Shown here: positions 1 through 12,453 of the stretch, in pieces
How the letters are laid out: the number at the start of each line of letters is the position of its first letter
Numbering within the stretch: the stretch's first letter is position 1
Assembly (NCBI GenBank): GCA_004431415.1
Contig: QPMI01000050.1
Span: 1-64,000, forward strand
From: Cyanophora paradoxa CCMP329
Taxonomy: Eukaryota > Plantae > Glaucophyta
Direction of reading: 5' to 3'
DNA length: 64,000 nt
Position numbers and translations under genes: made by a program
Notes under the pieces: model-generated
What the model saw: the letters and a program-made list of their open reading frames with translations, nothing else
Told to the model about the DNA's origin: nothing
The model's database searches: none

Positions 1-722
1 GTAAATTACCCTGTTTATCATTATAGAAACCCATCAAAACGGGAATCTATCATGTTTATGTCTCTCAGTCTTCTCAAATGTTAAGAAATTCATTTTTTAT
101 CGATCTCATCTGCAACTGCTTGTGTTTTATTGCTGAGCTTCTTTACCACAACTGAATATATCAATTGCTAACATGCCTTCATTGGAATAACAATGAGCTG
201 CAATGGCTTTCATCTAAAGCAGAACCAATGCAAACACAGGAGGTGATAGTTTGCCATCAAATATCTCACAATGCTTATGAACAATCCTAATACCTTGTCT
301 CAATACTGCTTGTTCAAGGGTTCCCATAATCCAATTACCTAGGAAGCTAACATGCTCATAACTGTTGCTATAGCTGATTTAGCCTTGTAATCAAGCATAA
401 CATGAAAGCCTCTGTATTTAGTCTCCATTAAGAATACCTTAGAAAAATAACTAGTCAAACCTAATGCAATATCCCTATACTTACTCTGATTGATGAAGTA
501 GCTCTTTTCCTGTGTGCTTGACTCTTTCTTTTTGTTACAGCCCTGCAACCTGATCCCTTCACATGATTAAAGGGATAGGTAAGGATCACCTTATTACACT
601 GCAAACATCTCACAGATACTTTCTCTTGAGCTTTGATTGTAATGTGTCTCACTGTAATCGAATTTATCTTTACCATGACTGTCATAGCAGCATCAATAAA
701 CTTTTTTTGTTTTACTATCCAT
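1..722 (-). pseudogene. Frameshifted zinc-ribbon (DUF723-like) / PD-(D/E)XK-type endonuclease gene, truncated by window edge
   Basis: Frame-stitching from ATG 722 gives MDSKTKKFIDAAMTVHGKDKFDYSETHY..EKVSVRCLQCNKVILTYPFNHVKGSGC, matching the FIxxAxxVHGxKYDYS / CxxC..HxxGxGC repeat pattern of viral homing-type nucleases. RFPFDGFY occurs near base 30. Many indels. Confidence 0.5.
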
Positions 723-725
723 ACT

Positions 726-2422
726 CTATATATATAACATTCTTATGGAGCAGTATCCTGTCCAAAATGGGGAAATATCGATTTGTCCCATAGTATCAGC
801 ATAGGTATTCTGCTTGCAATAAAATCGGTTCTCTCTGCACATCACACACTTGTAGATACCAAACTTGGTGGCTCTCATAGAAACTGAAATCTTCCAAACC
901 GAAATTGACTCCATGATAAGCAATACCAAAATTATCATATGGGTGATCACAACAGCAAAATTAGGAGTTCCACCTCTACTTGGCAACAGCATAAACATCT
1001 GGTGGAATATCAACAACTACCTTGTAGTGGTCACCAATCTCAACAAGAGAGTCTACTACTGCTGTTTGTTCATTCACAACAATTGGAATATCTTGATTAT
1101 ATAGGGGGCATTCATGCTGGGGACATAGGTTCGAATTCTTGTGTTGGGATCAATGGGATTGGGTTGATCATTCACAAATAGAGGCGCTCCAACAGCCCCA
1201 CCAACCCTAAGACCATCACCAATATAAGCTCCCCCGATTTGCAGTTAATAGCCCGACCTAGATTCAAAAAATAAGTAGACAGAGGATCTCCATAGCTATC
1301 TGGGTCTCCATAATGAGCAGAAAAGTTTTGCATTTGTAACAAAGTAGCTTAGTTGTCTTAACTATTCCATTATTTTTATCACATCTGAGTTCCTGCAATC
1401 TCAGTTTGTGGGTGGAACCAAAGTTTCATGTAGGTTGGACCTCTGTGGTGGAGACCCTTCCACATCATCAAAGTAGCATGCTGTAAAACATGGTTTGCTG
1501 GGGCAGCTAATGATAGCTGGTGTTATAATTCGCTCTATTGGTGTGGGTGCCTCTGCATTTTACATTAAAGGGATATATCTTTTATGGGGTTGGGTCATCA
1601 ATAATATCTGGCTCTGTAAAACCCTGTAACTGAAAGAGTATCAGGAGTTACACCTCTAAGAGCTGATACAGCGGCTATATCTGTTCTCAAACGATAAAGT
1701 TATAGTATATAACCCAATATCTGTAACAAACAAGTCAAAGGTGAAATTATTATTATAACACAGTAGCCATAACCGAAATGATTATATCCCTGAACATTGA
1801 AATAGTATTTATGACCTACTTGATTGTTGTTGGCTCTACAAAGGGAAAGCATTGCAGATGGAATCGCAAGACCTCTCAGTACTCTTTTGGTTCCTTCAAT
1901 TAATTCCGAGTTTTCAAGAGTAACAGTATATCCAATGTAAAATTGAATTAATGGCTGCTGTGCAACAGGAGTATATAATCGAATTCGTTGGGGGTCTTCC
2001 ACATTTTGCTCTAGAGTATCTGGGACATCATTATACGAAATGGAGGATGAGAGTTGACCTGACACTCTGCAACCTCCCCCAATAAATGCTCCTCCTGATC
2101 TCACAGTAACAGCAGCAGTATTCTTGTCGAAATCTAGGGCTTTCAGGGCAACACTGTAAGCATCAGGACCTCCATTTGTAGGCTGGAAGAAGTTAGCATT
2201 GGTGACAAGAAGTCGAGTTGTTTTAACCACACCAGAATTCTTATCAGCTCTCAGCTCTTTTACTCGAATAATCGAATTTTTATCAAAGGAGTTACCATTG
2301 GAATTGGGTCTCTCTGTGGATTCTAAACCACGAACCTCATCATTTACTTCATGCTGGCGAAAATGCATTGCAGGGGATCCAAGGGAATATATAGGCAGTT
2401 GAACTCGATTATATTCACCCAT
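726..2422 (-). CDS. Putative virion fibre/structural protein, frameshifted; 3' end uncertain
   Basis: ORF 1700-2485 (likely ATG 2422, MGEYNRVQ) contains VRSGGAFIGGGCRVSG. A similar GAYIGDGLRVGG segment lies near 1200-1235, implying continuation through indels. Confidence 0.4.
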
Positions 2423-2471
2423 TGCTTCTTTTACTAAGAAGGAAAGAAAAATAATGCGAAATATGCATTTA

Positions 2472-5400
2472 TTATGGGATTCCATATGCTGTCCAATGGA
2501 TTGTGCAAGTAATACTTCGACTTTCAGATAGAGTAGGGGATGCTATGAATGTCACATAAATTGTTGTATAGGTAGATGTGGAGTTTGAGATTCCAATTCT
2601 AAAATCTACATCCCCAGGGTTTGTTGCAGGAGTTCCTTCAAGTGTGGCAGTTACAACAGGTGTCTTAGTGTAAAAAGCAGGATCCCAATTCAAAACCTGT
2701 GCATGCTGTGTTCTCTGACCTGCGCTTATAACACCACTTGTAGCCTGATATTTGCCTGATTTAAACCGCCTTTCCATATCATGCCATGAGGGGACTTGGC
2801 TAATTGTGTTGGTGGTTCCTGCATTCATTGCATAAAATGCCCTTGCATAAGCATTTCCTCTGCAGAGCAAGGTTTTATCATAGAAGTTTGCTGAATTGTG
2901 GAAGAACCAAGTTTCCTCATTTGTAGGCGATGCAGGGGCTACTATTTGACCTGATCCTACATACATAGTATTATTTGCAGTGATTGTATTGGCTGTGAAT
3001 GGGTCTAAACTTGGGAGATCTGTGATTTCTGATTTAGTATGAGTATGGGCGAAATCTGTAAATTTGCCTTTGTGTGAGTATGGGCAAAGTCGGTGATATC
3101 TGATTTAGTGTGAGAGTGAGGTCCGACAGTTGTAGAAGCTGTTGGTTTCCCATAAATGTTATCCCAATGCAAGAAGCCGCTATGTGAGGATACAGTGGGG
3201 TTCTTGCTCCAACCTACAAGACCCACAAGATAAATCCTTCCTATTCGCCCTTGAACACCCACTTTACTCAGCCCTTCACAATTCACTCCGACATATTGCC
3301 TATACTCTACACTTGGGTCACTACCAGGAGAATAAGCATTTACTCTCGAAAGTGTATAAGAATTCGTTGATGGATAAACTCCCACAACATCGAAGTATCT
3401 GCTATTATATTGACACACATAGAAGATATAGCATGTTTTCATTCCCGCAGGGACAGTCCATAACATCTTGTAGCCACTACAATCTTCATCACCAGAAGCC
3501 CATGTGTTTGCTCCTGAGTAAGGAGATATAAATGTGAAAAATCTCCAATCGCCTGTGCGATCTGTTGAAAGACCATTTGTGGCATCAAAGTTGATGGGGA
3601 TGTGTATGTTGGTTTATTTATCAGATCATCGTAATTTCCTGTCGTTGCAACAGTTGCAAGATTAGGTCTATCTGTGATATTTGACCAAGCATGAGTATGG
3701 GTTGCAGGAGGGAATGTTAAAGGTTTATCTGTGATATTGTTCCATGCATGACTGTGAGTTTGAAGTGCAACACCCAATTCGGTTTCATCTATATAATTTT
3801 TGCTTTGCAGGTAATCGTCTGTGACCACACCTGAAAGGGTCTCGTTGTGCAGGTTTTTAGCCGCCATTCTCTGATTGGCTTCAATAGCCCCACCTGATAG
3901 CGTTTTAATCCAAGCGATCTCAGCTTTACTGTAATTATCAGTTGGTTGCCCAACAAGTGGAATATAATTGAGTTTATCCCGAGTGAAAACTATCTTAGGT
4001 CTTGATCCATCCAAGCTGCTTACATCTGTCACATTCACATGGACAGCTGCTGAGAAGTCTTGATAACCCGCAGGATTGGAGGGAACACCGAACCCATCCT
4101 TTGGAATATCGTTTTTGTAATAGCTTGTCACATAGATATTCGGGAAAGTGTCACCCGGGTTAACATACGCCATATCTTGCACTCGGAATTGAGGCAAGCT
4201 TCGGACAAATAGAGGTCCTGTCATTGCACTGCCCGCATCAGCCCCTTTGAGGTGAACATAATGCTCATTCAAAATAGTTCTTTCCGCAATATTGCAGGAT
4301 TTATAAAGGGAAACCCCCATATTCACAGGTTCGACCTTTGAGAATTCAGGTTGGTTATTGATCTCATCCCATGTATGCTCATGGGTTGCAGGTGGGAATA
4401 TTGAAGGTCTATCTGTGATATTCGACCAAGCATGAGTGTGGTTTTGTATCCATCCCTGCACCACATTGGATGTTGTGTAGTTTGGAATTATAGCGTTTGA
4501 ACCTACTATTAAATTTTTAATGTGGACATAGTCAGAAGAAATTCGCAGATTTTCGGGATAATAAAGCGATTGCGTTTTTGGGAAGCCGTAATAATCCTGA
4601 ATATAGTATCTCACCCTTTGCTTCTCTTCAAACGTTAATGCTCTATTGAAATGATGTATTCGGCTATATCACCTATGAAATAGTTAACACCCATCCTACT
4701 GAAAGTTGAAGGTGGAAGGTAATTTGTTCCTGTAAAGGTTCCTACATCTTGTCCTCTGATTCCAAAGGTTATGCTGTTTGAAGTTATGGTGGTGTCCCAA
4801 TAATTAGCTGAATGGGAAGCATATTGGTGTTCACTCGTGGGGCTGTGTAACCCACTCCATTACTTGTGAATGAATACAAGCCAAATGATAATGACGATCA
4901 TACCAAACTCTATTTTATGGGTTCCATCAGGAGAACCAAAATCTAAATGAACTGTTTGCCAATTTGGTGCAGAGTAGTGACTACCTACATAGAACAGTGT
5001 CATGCCCTCTGACCAATCAACGGATACATTATAGTTAATGAATGCCGAGGCAGTATATCCACCTGACTTTCTTACTACTTTTTGGTTGTTGAATAAAGGA
5101 TTTGCTACGACAGCACCACTGCTCCCGAAAAATGGGAATGTTATCCCTGAAATAAACGGAACAGCTGATGTTGCCCTATTGGGGATGAACTGTGACTGAG
5201 GATTTGTATTAACAGGAAGCCCATCCATTCTCATTGTTAAAAGGCATTTCGGTGTGGTTTTGGCAGGGTCAGTGTTGGAAGTAATGGGGTAATAGGGTGG
5301 ATCATAGTAGACATCGATTTCTGTATTTCCGTCTCCTATTTTCAGCTTTCCCTTCACATTCAGGTTACATGTAACTGTAAGATTGCTACCAATCCAAGCG

Positions 5401-8400
5401 GATCCTGTGTTGCTACTGTTTATTGATTTCACTGTTCCATGCACATCCAAATTACTTGTGGTAAGATTGCTTGTTATAATAAGATTTCCATCTATTGTTC
5501 CCCCTGATTTTGGCAAGTAGTTGTTGAGCCACCCTAATGTAACATTACTACTTGTGAGAGGAGCCAAGAGTTCGTTTAATGTAGCTGCACTCACCTTCGA
5601 GACAAGCCATCCCTGAACAGTATTTGAAGAGGTTAGAGGAGCTATTTGAGCATTCACAGTTGCTGTATCAGCCTTAGTAGCAAGCCATCCCTGAACTGTG
5701 TTAGAAGAGGTTAGAGGAGCTATCTGAGCATTCACAGTCGCTGTATCAGCCTTTGGAGCCAACCAACCCTGCACACATTGGACGTAGTGTAGTTTGGAAT
5801 GGTAGCGTTTGAACTAACTATTATGTTCTCAATGGAACATAATCAGCAGCGATTCGTAGATTGTCAGGATAATACAGTGATTGCGTTTTTGGAAAACCGT
5901 AATATCCTGAATATAATATCTCACCTTTGCTTCTCCTCAAACGACAAGGCTCTGTTGAAAATTGATGTACTCGGCTACATCACCTATGAATAGTCGACTC
6001 CCATTCGATTGAAAGTTGAAGCGGGAAGGTAATTTGTTCCTGTAAATGTTCCTACATCTTGTCCCCCAATACCAAAGGTTATAGCATTAGAATTATGGTG
6101 GTGTCCCAATAATTGGCTGAGTGTGAGGCATAGTTAGTATTTACTCTTGGAGCTGGGTAACTCACCCCATTGCTCGTAAATGAATACAAGCCAAATGATA
6201 AAGATGACACATACCCAAATGCTATTTTATGGTTTCCATCAGGAGAACAAAATCTAAATGAACTGTTTGCCAATTTGGTGCAGAGTAGTGACTACCTACA
6301 TAGAACAGTGTCATGCCCTCTGACAATCAACAGTCACAGAGTAGTTTATGAATGCCGCGCAGTATACCACCTGACTTTCTTACCACTTTTCGGTTGTTCA
6401 ATGCAGCATTAGCTGCAACAGTTCCACTACTTCCCCAAAATGGGAAAGTAATCCCTGAAATAAATGGCACAGCTGCTGTCGCTCTATTGGGATGAACTGA
6501 TTGTAAGGATTTGTGTTACAGGAAGCCATTCCATTTCATTGTATAGAGGCATTTCGAAATGGTTGTAGCAGGGTCAGTGTTGGAATTAATTGGGTAGTAG
6601 GGTGTGTCATAGTCACATTCAATAGAGTTCCATAGGTTCCTAATTCGAAGTTGCTGGATACTTTCAGACTGCCTGCAATGGTGACATTATTACTTGTATA
6701 AATGTTACTTGTGTAAAGGTGCTTGTGTAAATATTACTATTAACTGTCAGGTTCCTGTGATTGTCCACCCACCAGAGGAAGATACTTGGATAATTCGGCT
6801 GCAAGTTCATTTTAGTTACATAATTTGCGAGCATAGCAAGGGTGACTATATTCACAAGAACAACAGCAGTTAAGGTAATCCTCTGTGACTACTCTCGAAA
6901 TGCTCTCATTGTGTATGTTTTTGCAGCCATTCTTTGATTGCTTCAAGAACCCCACCATATTCGTTTTGATCCATGCAAGCTCTGCCCTCCCATAGTTATC
7001 ATTTGCAGTTCCCACTATGGAATGTAGGAATATTATCTCGACTGAAACTATCATTGGTCTTGAGCCATCTAAACTGTTTACATCTGCAACATGAACTGTA
7101 TAGCAGAGTTAAATTTTGGTAGGTTGCTGGTCTGTTGGGACTCTGAATGTATCTGTGGGAATGTCAGCCTCCATGTAGCTTGACACAAAGTATTTGGTAT
7201 GGTCGCTCCTGGTTCAGGTGGTGGATTATAAGAGCCTGGTAGTGTCTAATATGAAGTGGTCCTCTCATAGCTGAATTTGCAAGTGTCCATTCACATGTAC
7301 ATAGTGTTCATTCAAAAGATTCTTTCTGGACATTACAAGTCTGATAAAGAGAAACCCCAAGTTATCAAGAGCTTACCTTTGCGAATTCTGGTTGGTCATT
7401 AATCTCATCCCAAGTGTGTTCATGTTTGATTGGTGGAAATTCTTCTGGTATTCCATCAATTTCTCCCAATCATGCCTGTGGTCCTCTGGTGGATACTTTT
7501 GAGGTTTACCTAATATCTCATCCCAGTCATGGTTGTGATCCTCTGGTGGATATCTGGCTGGTTTATTGTTGATCTGCTCCCAATCAGGGAAGAATTCCCA
7601 AATCTCTGGGCGAAATCCATCTGGTAATAGTTCCTCATGGGGTTCATAAGGTTGCTCATAATCAACAGCTGGTGGATCATGCCATCTGGCAAATACTCCT
7701 CATCAGGTTCATAGTTCTGCTCATACTCAAACTCTTGTGGATCTAAGCCATCTGGTAGTATCTCTCCTCATTGGGGTCAAACTGATCATATCATATTCTT
7801 GTGGTCAAAACCATCTGGTAAATACTCTTCCTCATCTGGAACGAATTGATATTCATCAAGCTCTAATATGTCGACTTCAGGAGGTAAATACTGCTCATCT
7901 ATTTGCTTTCTGGGTTCAATTATAGGTTTATTGCGAACTTGCTCCCAACTCACAATATGCTGCCCAAAGGCTACATCTTCAGTTGCTGTGTACTCTCTGC
8001 CTGGTTGCTTTTTCGGTGTTAAATCCGGTGGATCCCATGGAAGAGGGAAGGGAACTGGGACAGGTCCATAATACTCAAAGATCTCTCTTATGGTCTTCTC
8101 ACTTACAAGCTTCTCACCATTTGCATACACATTGCTGCCATGGATATTTCGCCATTGCCTGGTTCGAATTCCAAGGTCTTTCACATTGCTATACAAAGGC
8201 AAAAGGTGCCTATCCATTTCAACAAGATCAGGATGTAAATGGATTGCTACTGGTTGACTGGGGCTACTGTTGATTGTAATTGATGGCTTTTTTGATGGAC
8301 ATCTTTTGGAGTAAAGAACCCAAAAGGCTCATTCCTTGCAAAGTCATATGTAATATCCTTGGGGTAGACATCATTTGTGTAGGAGACCTGATTTGTGTTG

Positions 8401-8842
8401 GCAATGGACCTACTTGCAATACTTGGGGGACCTCAGCTTTTGCAGTGCTGCCCTCATTGTAAATTCGCAAACCTGTGTTCTGTTTGCCCTGCTCATCTTG
8501 AACATTGAAAATCAATCGACCACTATCAAACCTAGAAGGTATATCTGGGTGAGTGCCACTGGTTTTGAGTTTCCTAGGTCTCCTTCTTGTTGCTTTGATC
8601 TCTGCCACTTGGTTTGCTTTCACATTACCCAAGCTAAAAGCAACACTAACTTCCTCCTTATCTGGATCGGTTTGATTCACAGATAAAGCATGCTCCCTTG
8701 ATTGAGTCTTGGATGAATTATCGGAACTGTGGTCAATCGAAACTGAACCCTTTACTTTAATATTATCAAAGTTCACATGCTTGGTGCTGCTTGCATTATC
8801 ATCTTGAATGGTTTCTAGATTTGGTGGGTAATTGAAGCTCAT
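2472..8842 (-). CDS. Giant (~2100 aa) modular tail-fibre/adhesin-like protein, broken into many frames by indels
   Basis: Contiguous minus-strand ORF pieces 8264-8842, 7786-8217, 4860-5774, 3439-4614, 3005-3466 and 2472-2966. They carry phage-tail-repeat-like HxH motifs (HTHAWSNITDRP, HTHTKSDITDF), LATVATTGNYDDLINKP, YLPKSGGTIDGNL, DLGIRTRQWRNIH, and a C-terminal TPVVTAT..IHWTAYG tip-like domain. Could be more than one gene. Confidence 0.65.
3020..3125 (-). repeat. 33-bp HxH tandem repeat (HTHTKSDITDF-like, ~3 copies)
   Basis: Direct repeats visible in the DNA (gagtatgggc..) and in the translation. Confidence 0.75.
4455..6620 (-). repeat. Near-tandem intragenic duplication, domain Y: ~4455-5310 and ~5770-6620
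   Basis: Long near-identical DNA blocks occur twice, e.g. gaaggtaatttgttcctgtaaa and ggtgcagagtagtgactacctacatagaacagtgtcatgccctctgac, about 1.3 kb apart. Confidence 0.9.
5530..5775 (-). repeat. 78-bp (26-aa) tandem repeat VQGWLAxKADTATVNAQIAPLTSSNT, ~3 copies
   Basis: Visible in ORF 4860-5774 and in the DNA. Confidence 0.9.
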
Positions 8843-8885
8843 GGCTTTTACTATATGGATTTATAAAATTCCTGATAAGTAAAAG

Positions 8886-10441
8886 ATGCCCTTGAAAATC
8901 TGCCTGTCTTTATCAGGGGGAGGTGCAAGGGCATTATCATAACCAGGCTGCTAAAAGAAATCGAAAATCGAACTGGCAGGAGAATAATCGATCTTGTGGA
9001 TCTTGTGAGTGGAACTTCCACTGGTGGGATCATTGCAATAGGTTTGAATATAAGGCATCCTGATAAACCAGGTGAACCTAAACTGACAGCAAACGATTTA
9101 CACAATATTTACCTAACTCAACTGCCCTTGATTTTCGCAAATCCTCGAAATATAATCGAAAATGCCCTTTTTAATACAAAGTATGATGTGGGACCCTTGG
9201 AGACTGCAATCAATTCAGTTACTGGTGAATCACTAATACAGGATTCCCTAAAGGACATTGTGATCACATCCTTTGATACTCAGAATATGAAACCAATATT
9301 TATCACAAATGACAACAATTACAACTTTATGCCTTGTAAGATTGCTGCTAGGGCTACTTCTGCTGCTCCTACATATTTCTCTCCTGTAAGCATTGTTGAT
9401 TTCAATCGGGGAGTATATGTCTGTCTAATTGATGGTGCCATTTCGGGAAACAATAATCCCAGTGTGTGTGGTTACAGCCATGCAAAGAAAATTTACAGTG
9501 ATGATGATGATATTATAGTAATAAGTATATCTTGTGGAGAGGTGGACCCACATTTAGAGTCTGATTATGTGGGTTATGCTTATGAGACTGTCAACAGCTG
9601 GGGCATTCTCTCATGGATTGCCTCAACAGATGGAAGCCCATTGATTAACATGCTCATGGCTGCAAGTGAGCTTTCTGCCCTTGATAAGATGGAGGAGTTG
9701 TTACCCTACAACTATGATCAGGATTATGGGAGATACTATAGGCTATCAGTCCCACTTCCAAATCATATAGTAAGCTCCCTGGATGACACTTCTAAAATCC
9801 CAGACATGCTTGCATTCACTGAAACATACATTGCAGCAAACAATGATATGATTAATAAGCTTTGCAGCATTCTAGTAGCAAACTATGAATTAAAGAACCC
9901 TTCAAAGGCTTACATATCATCCACTCTCACTACATCACCTCCTTTGGATGCAAATTGGTATCAGCTTGCAGATGATGCCTTCACTGCCTCATCCTCTGTG
10001 ACAGGTAAAGAGCCTTTCATGGCTAGACCTTCAGCATTTGGCTGGGAAGCTGGAGCCTATGCTCCTGAGCAGATATGGGAAACCCCCACTGAATACCTTC
10101 AAGTTGCTTTCCCATATACTTTCGAACTCTCCTCTGTTATTGCCTATGGTTCAGGGGACACCAATGCTTTTATTAAGACTTTCAATGTGGCAACATCCAC
10201 TGATGGGATCAACTGGTCTTTTATTCGATCAGATGGGCAGAACAAAATATATGTCTGTGAGAACATTAACAATGCTCACAACTCAGGTGATGTGGCTCTA
10301 TTGAGTGGATTTCCTCTCAGCATCAAGGATGCTTTTTACATAGGTTTTTCTCTCAGAATCAAGTATATTCGCATTTATCCCCTTGTGTATGTGAATGCTC
10401 CCACAATGAGAGTGGACTTTACAGGTGCCTTTATTCGATAA
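8886..10441 (+). CDS. Patatin-like phospholipase fused to C-terminal F5/8 type C (discoidin) domain
   Basis: ATG 8886 gives MPLKICLSLSGGGARG (one G missing in a G-run near 8930 shifts the frame). Patatin motifs GTSTG, SAAPTYF and catalytic DGA are present. C-terminus EYLQV..IKTFNVATSTDGINW..KYIRIYP..MRVDFTG is typical of discoidin domains. Confidence 0.88.
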
Positions 10442-11361
10442 ACTCCAACTGAAAAGAATTGTCGATTCCATTCATATCAATCAGTTCACCAAAGTAATCT
10501 TTAAACTCCACAGTGAGTTCCCTTATCACCAGGTTTCTGTCATTTATCTGAATGAATTCGGCATGCTCACCACTATGGTAAACATAGCCGCCTATATCTT
10601 TACTCAATTGCAGTCTAAGGATTGCCCCTGGTTATGTGGTTGCGATTTCGGGATTATATTGTGTCTGCTGGCAAAGGGGGACAGCTCTTTAATATGCATG
10701 TACAGATACTGCTCAGCATTCATATCAGACATCTTCCTGCTGTCAAAATAATATTGCAAGGGCTTTGAGGAGAGTCTGGGTCCTGAGAAGGTGATTCCCA
10801 TGCTGGGTGATCAGGTGTAATAGGTTTGCCATCATACTTTAAAAGGTTCTCAGGTCGATAGGGAGATCCACCAGCAGGAGGAGTGCTATAATAACCATTG
10901 GTGTATTCAGTAGAACTCACACCCAAAAGCTTCCCTATTCTCTGGTTGCTTGCAATAAAACGAAACTCATGGTTACTGTAAAACTCCACTTTATAGGTAG
11001 TTGGGTTATAGAATATCTTGAACTCAAAAGCTACTGTTTTGCCTGCAATGGTTTGGAAGCTTGAATAGTTCAGCCCATAATTATAAGGGTGTGTTACCCC
11101 AAAATGACCCTGGTTAATGTAGCCACTGGGAAGGGGATACACTTTCTGTGTGATGATTTCATTGTATGAACCATCTTGGTAATTAAACTGAACTGTTAGA
11201 TGATCAGTTCCCACACTGTTATAGATACTGTTTGGAATCTCTGCATAGAGAACCCTGCATTCCCTTGGTCTCTCTACTGGAGTTGTGAGAGTGACCCTGT
11301 AAGAGTTTTCATTTTGTCCTTGGCTTCTATCCCTGCTATCAATATTAACAAGTCGATTCAT
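10431..11361 (-). CDS. Minor capsid (penton-like) protein 1, two frameshifts
   Basis: N-terminus VNIDSRDR..YRVTL..AEIPNSIYN. The stitched C-terminus LTVEFKDYFGELIDMNGIDNSFQLEFIE* (stop 10431-10433) matches the PLV/NCLDV penton-family pattern. Confidence 0.78.
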
Positions 11362-11390
11362 TTTAATATATAAATATAGATAAAAGAAGA

Positions 11391-12400
11391 ATGCCTGTGG
11401 ATTACATCGAGGTTAGCTCATTTAATACAATCTCTGGTGATGGTCCCACATCAAGCTTTGTGGCAAGACTCCCCAGTAGTTATGAGAATGTGAGGGCTGT
11501 GAGACTGGTATCAGCCGAATTTTATAACAGCATCCCTATGGTGAGTGGTGAAACCAAAGTTGGAGATGTGACAGTTGACAATGCATTTAGCATTTATTAT
11601 TCTGAACAAACTCCTGGAGCTGGAAGCTCAGGAATTCCAACAGTTCGCCCAGCTGCTGACTATGAACAATGGAAACAATTCATTATAAGTCGAAACACCC
11701 CATCCAAAGCCACCAACAACTGGTGAATGTAATTAACTCTAAATTCGAAGGCAGAAATCCCCAACCATCCATTCGCTGCAAATGGGATGAATCACTGAAA
11801 CGAATTATATTCCACTCAGCAGTACCATTTTACTTGGCTTTCTCAGTAGCTGTGAACCCAAGCCAACAAACAATCCAAAAGCTGTTGAGTTCAGCTAGAC
11901 TGCTGGGTCTTGATCCTGGAAGATATGGTAACTCCCCAATCCAATCACAGGTCTATGATGCTCTCACTGATGGAATCTTTACTGGTGGTCGAGTGAATGG
12001 CATTATATCTTCTTTTGAGCCTGAGAAGACCAGGGACAGTGTTTTGTTTGTGAGAGTAAAGGAGCTGGGTGATCTGGTGCAATGTGGGGATGGTCTTCTG
12101 ACTGGTTACTTTCACAAAATAGTGGTCCCTGATAAAGACTATGGTGAGCATGTTGTTTACAATTCAACAGAGGCTCATCCACTTTATAAATACTATAACA
12201 AAAAGGTTGGATTATCCACTTTCTCGGTTGATATTGTTAATGCTGTAAATGAACCAATTGATTTTGAGGGTCAACCTGTTCATCTGACCTTTGAAATTCG
12301 CTATGGTGATGAGCCAGCAGGAGACCCAGTTTATGAATACTTTAAGATGAGAATGTCGCAGCTTCACCCTTCCTATCCAGTTATTACAAGCTTCGCATAA
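11391..12400 (+). CDS. Minor capsid (penton-like) protein 2, one frameshift near 11,700
   Basis: IEVSS..FVARLPSSYENVRAVRLVSAEFYNS and C-terminal FSVDIVNAVNEPIDFEGQPVHLTFEI are the same family motifs as mCP1. Lies directly upstream of the MCP. Confidence 0.75.
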
Positions 12401-12453
12401 ATTAAGGATCATTGGTAGATTTTTTATGTTGCAGTATAATAAAAGAGAATATA

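Larger units (their letters stand above)
3800..7440 (-). repeat. Dispersed intragenic duplication, domain X: ~3800-4400 and ~6860-7440
   Basis: Both copies encode HEHTWDEINxQPEFxK..GVSLY..C....LNEHYVH..AE(I/L)AWIKT..KN(L/I)HNE..S.VVT.DYL. Confidence 0.8.

Noticed and set aside
4455-6620. Diversity-generating retroelement template/variable repeat pair
   Set aside because: No reverse transcriptase is present in the window. Both copies are long coding domains, and the differences are not obviously adenine-specific.
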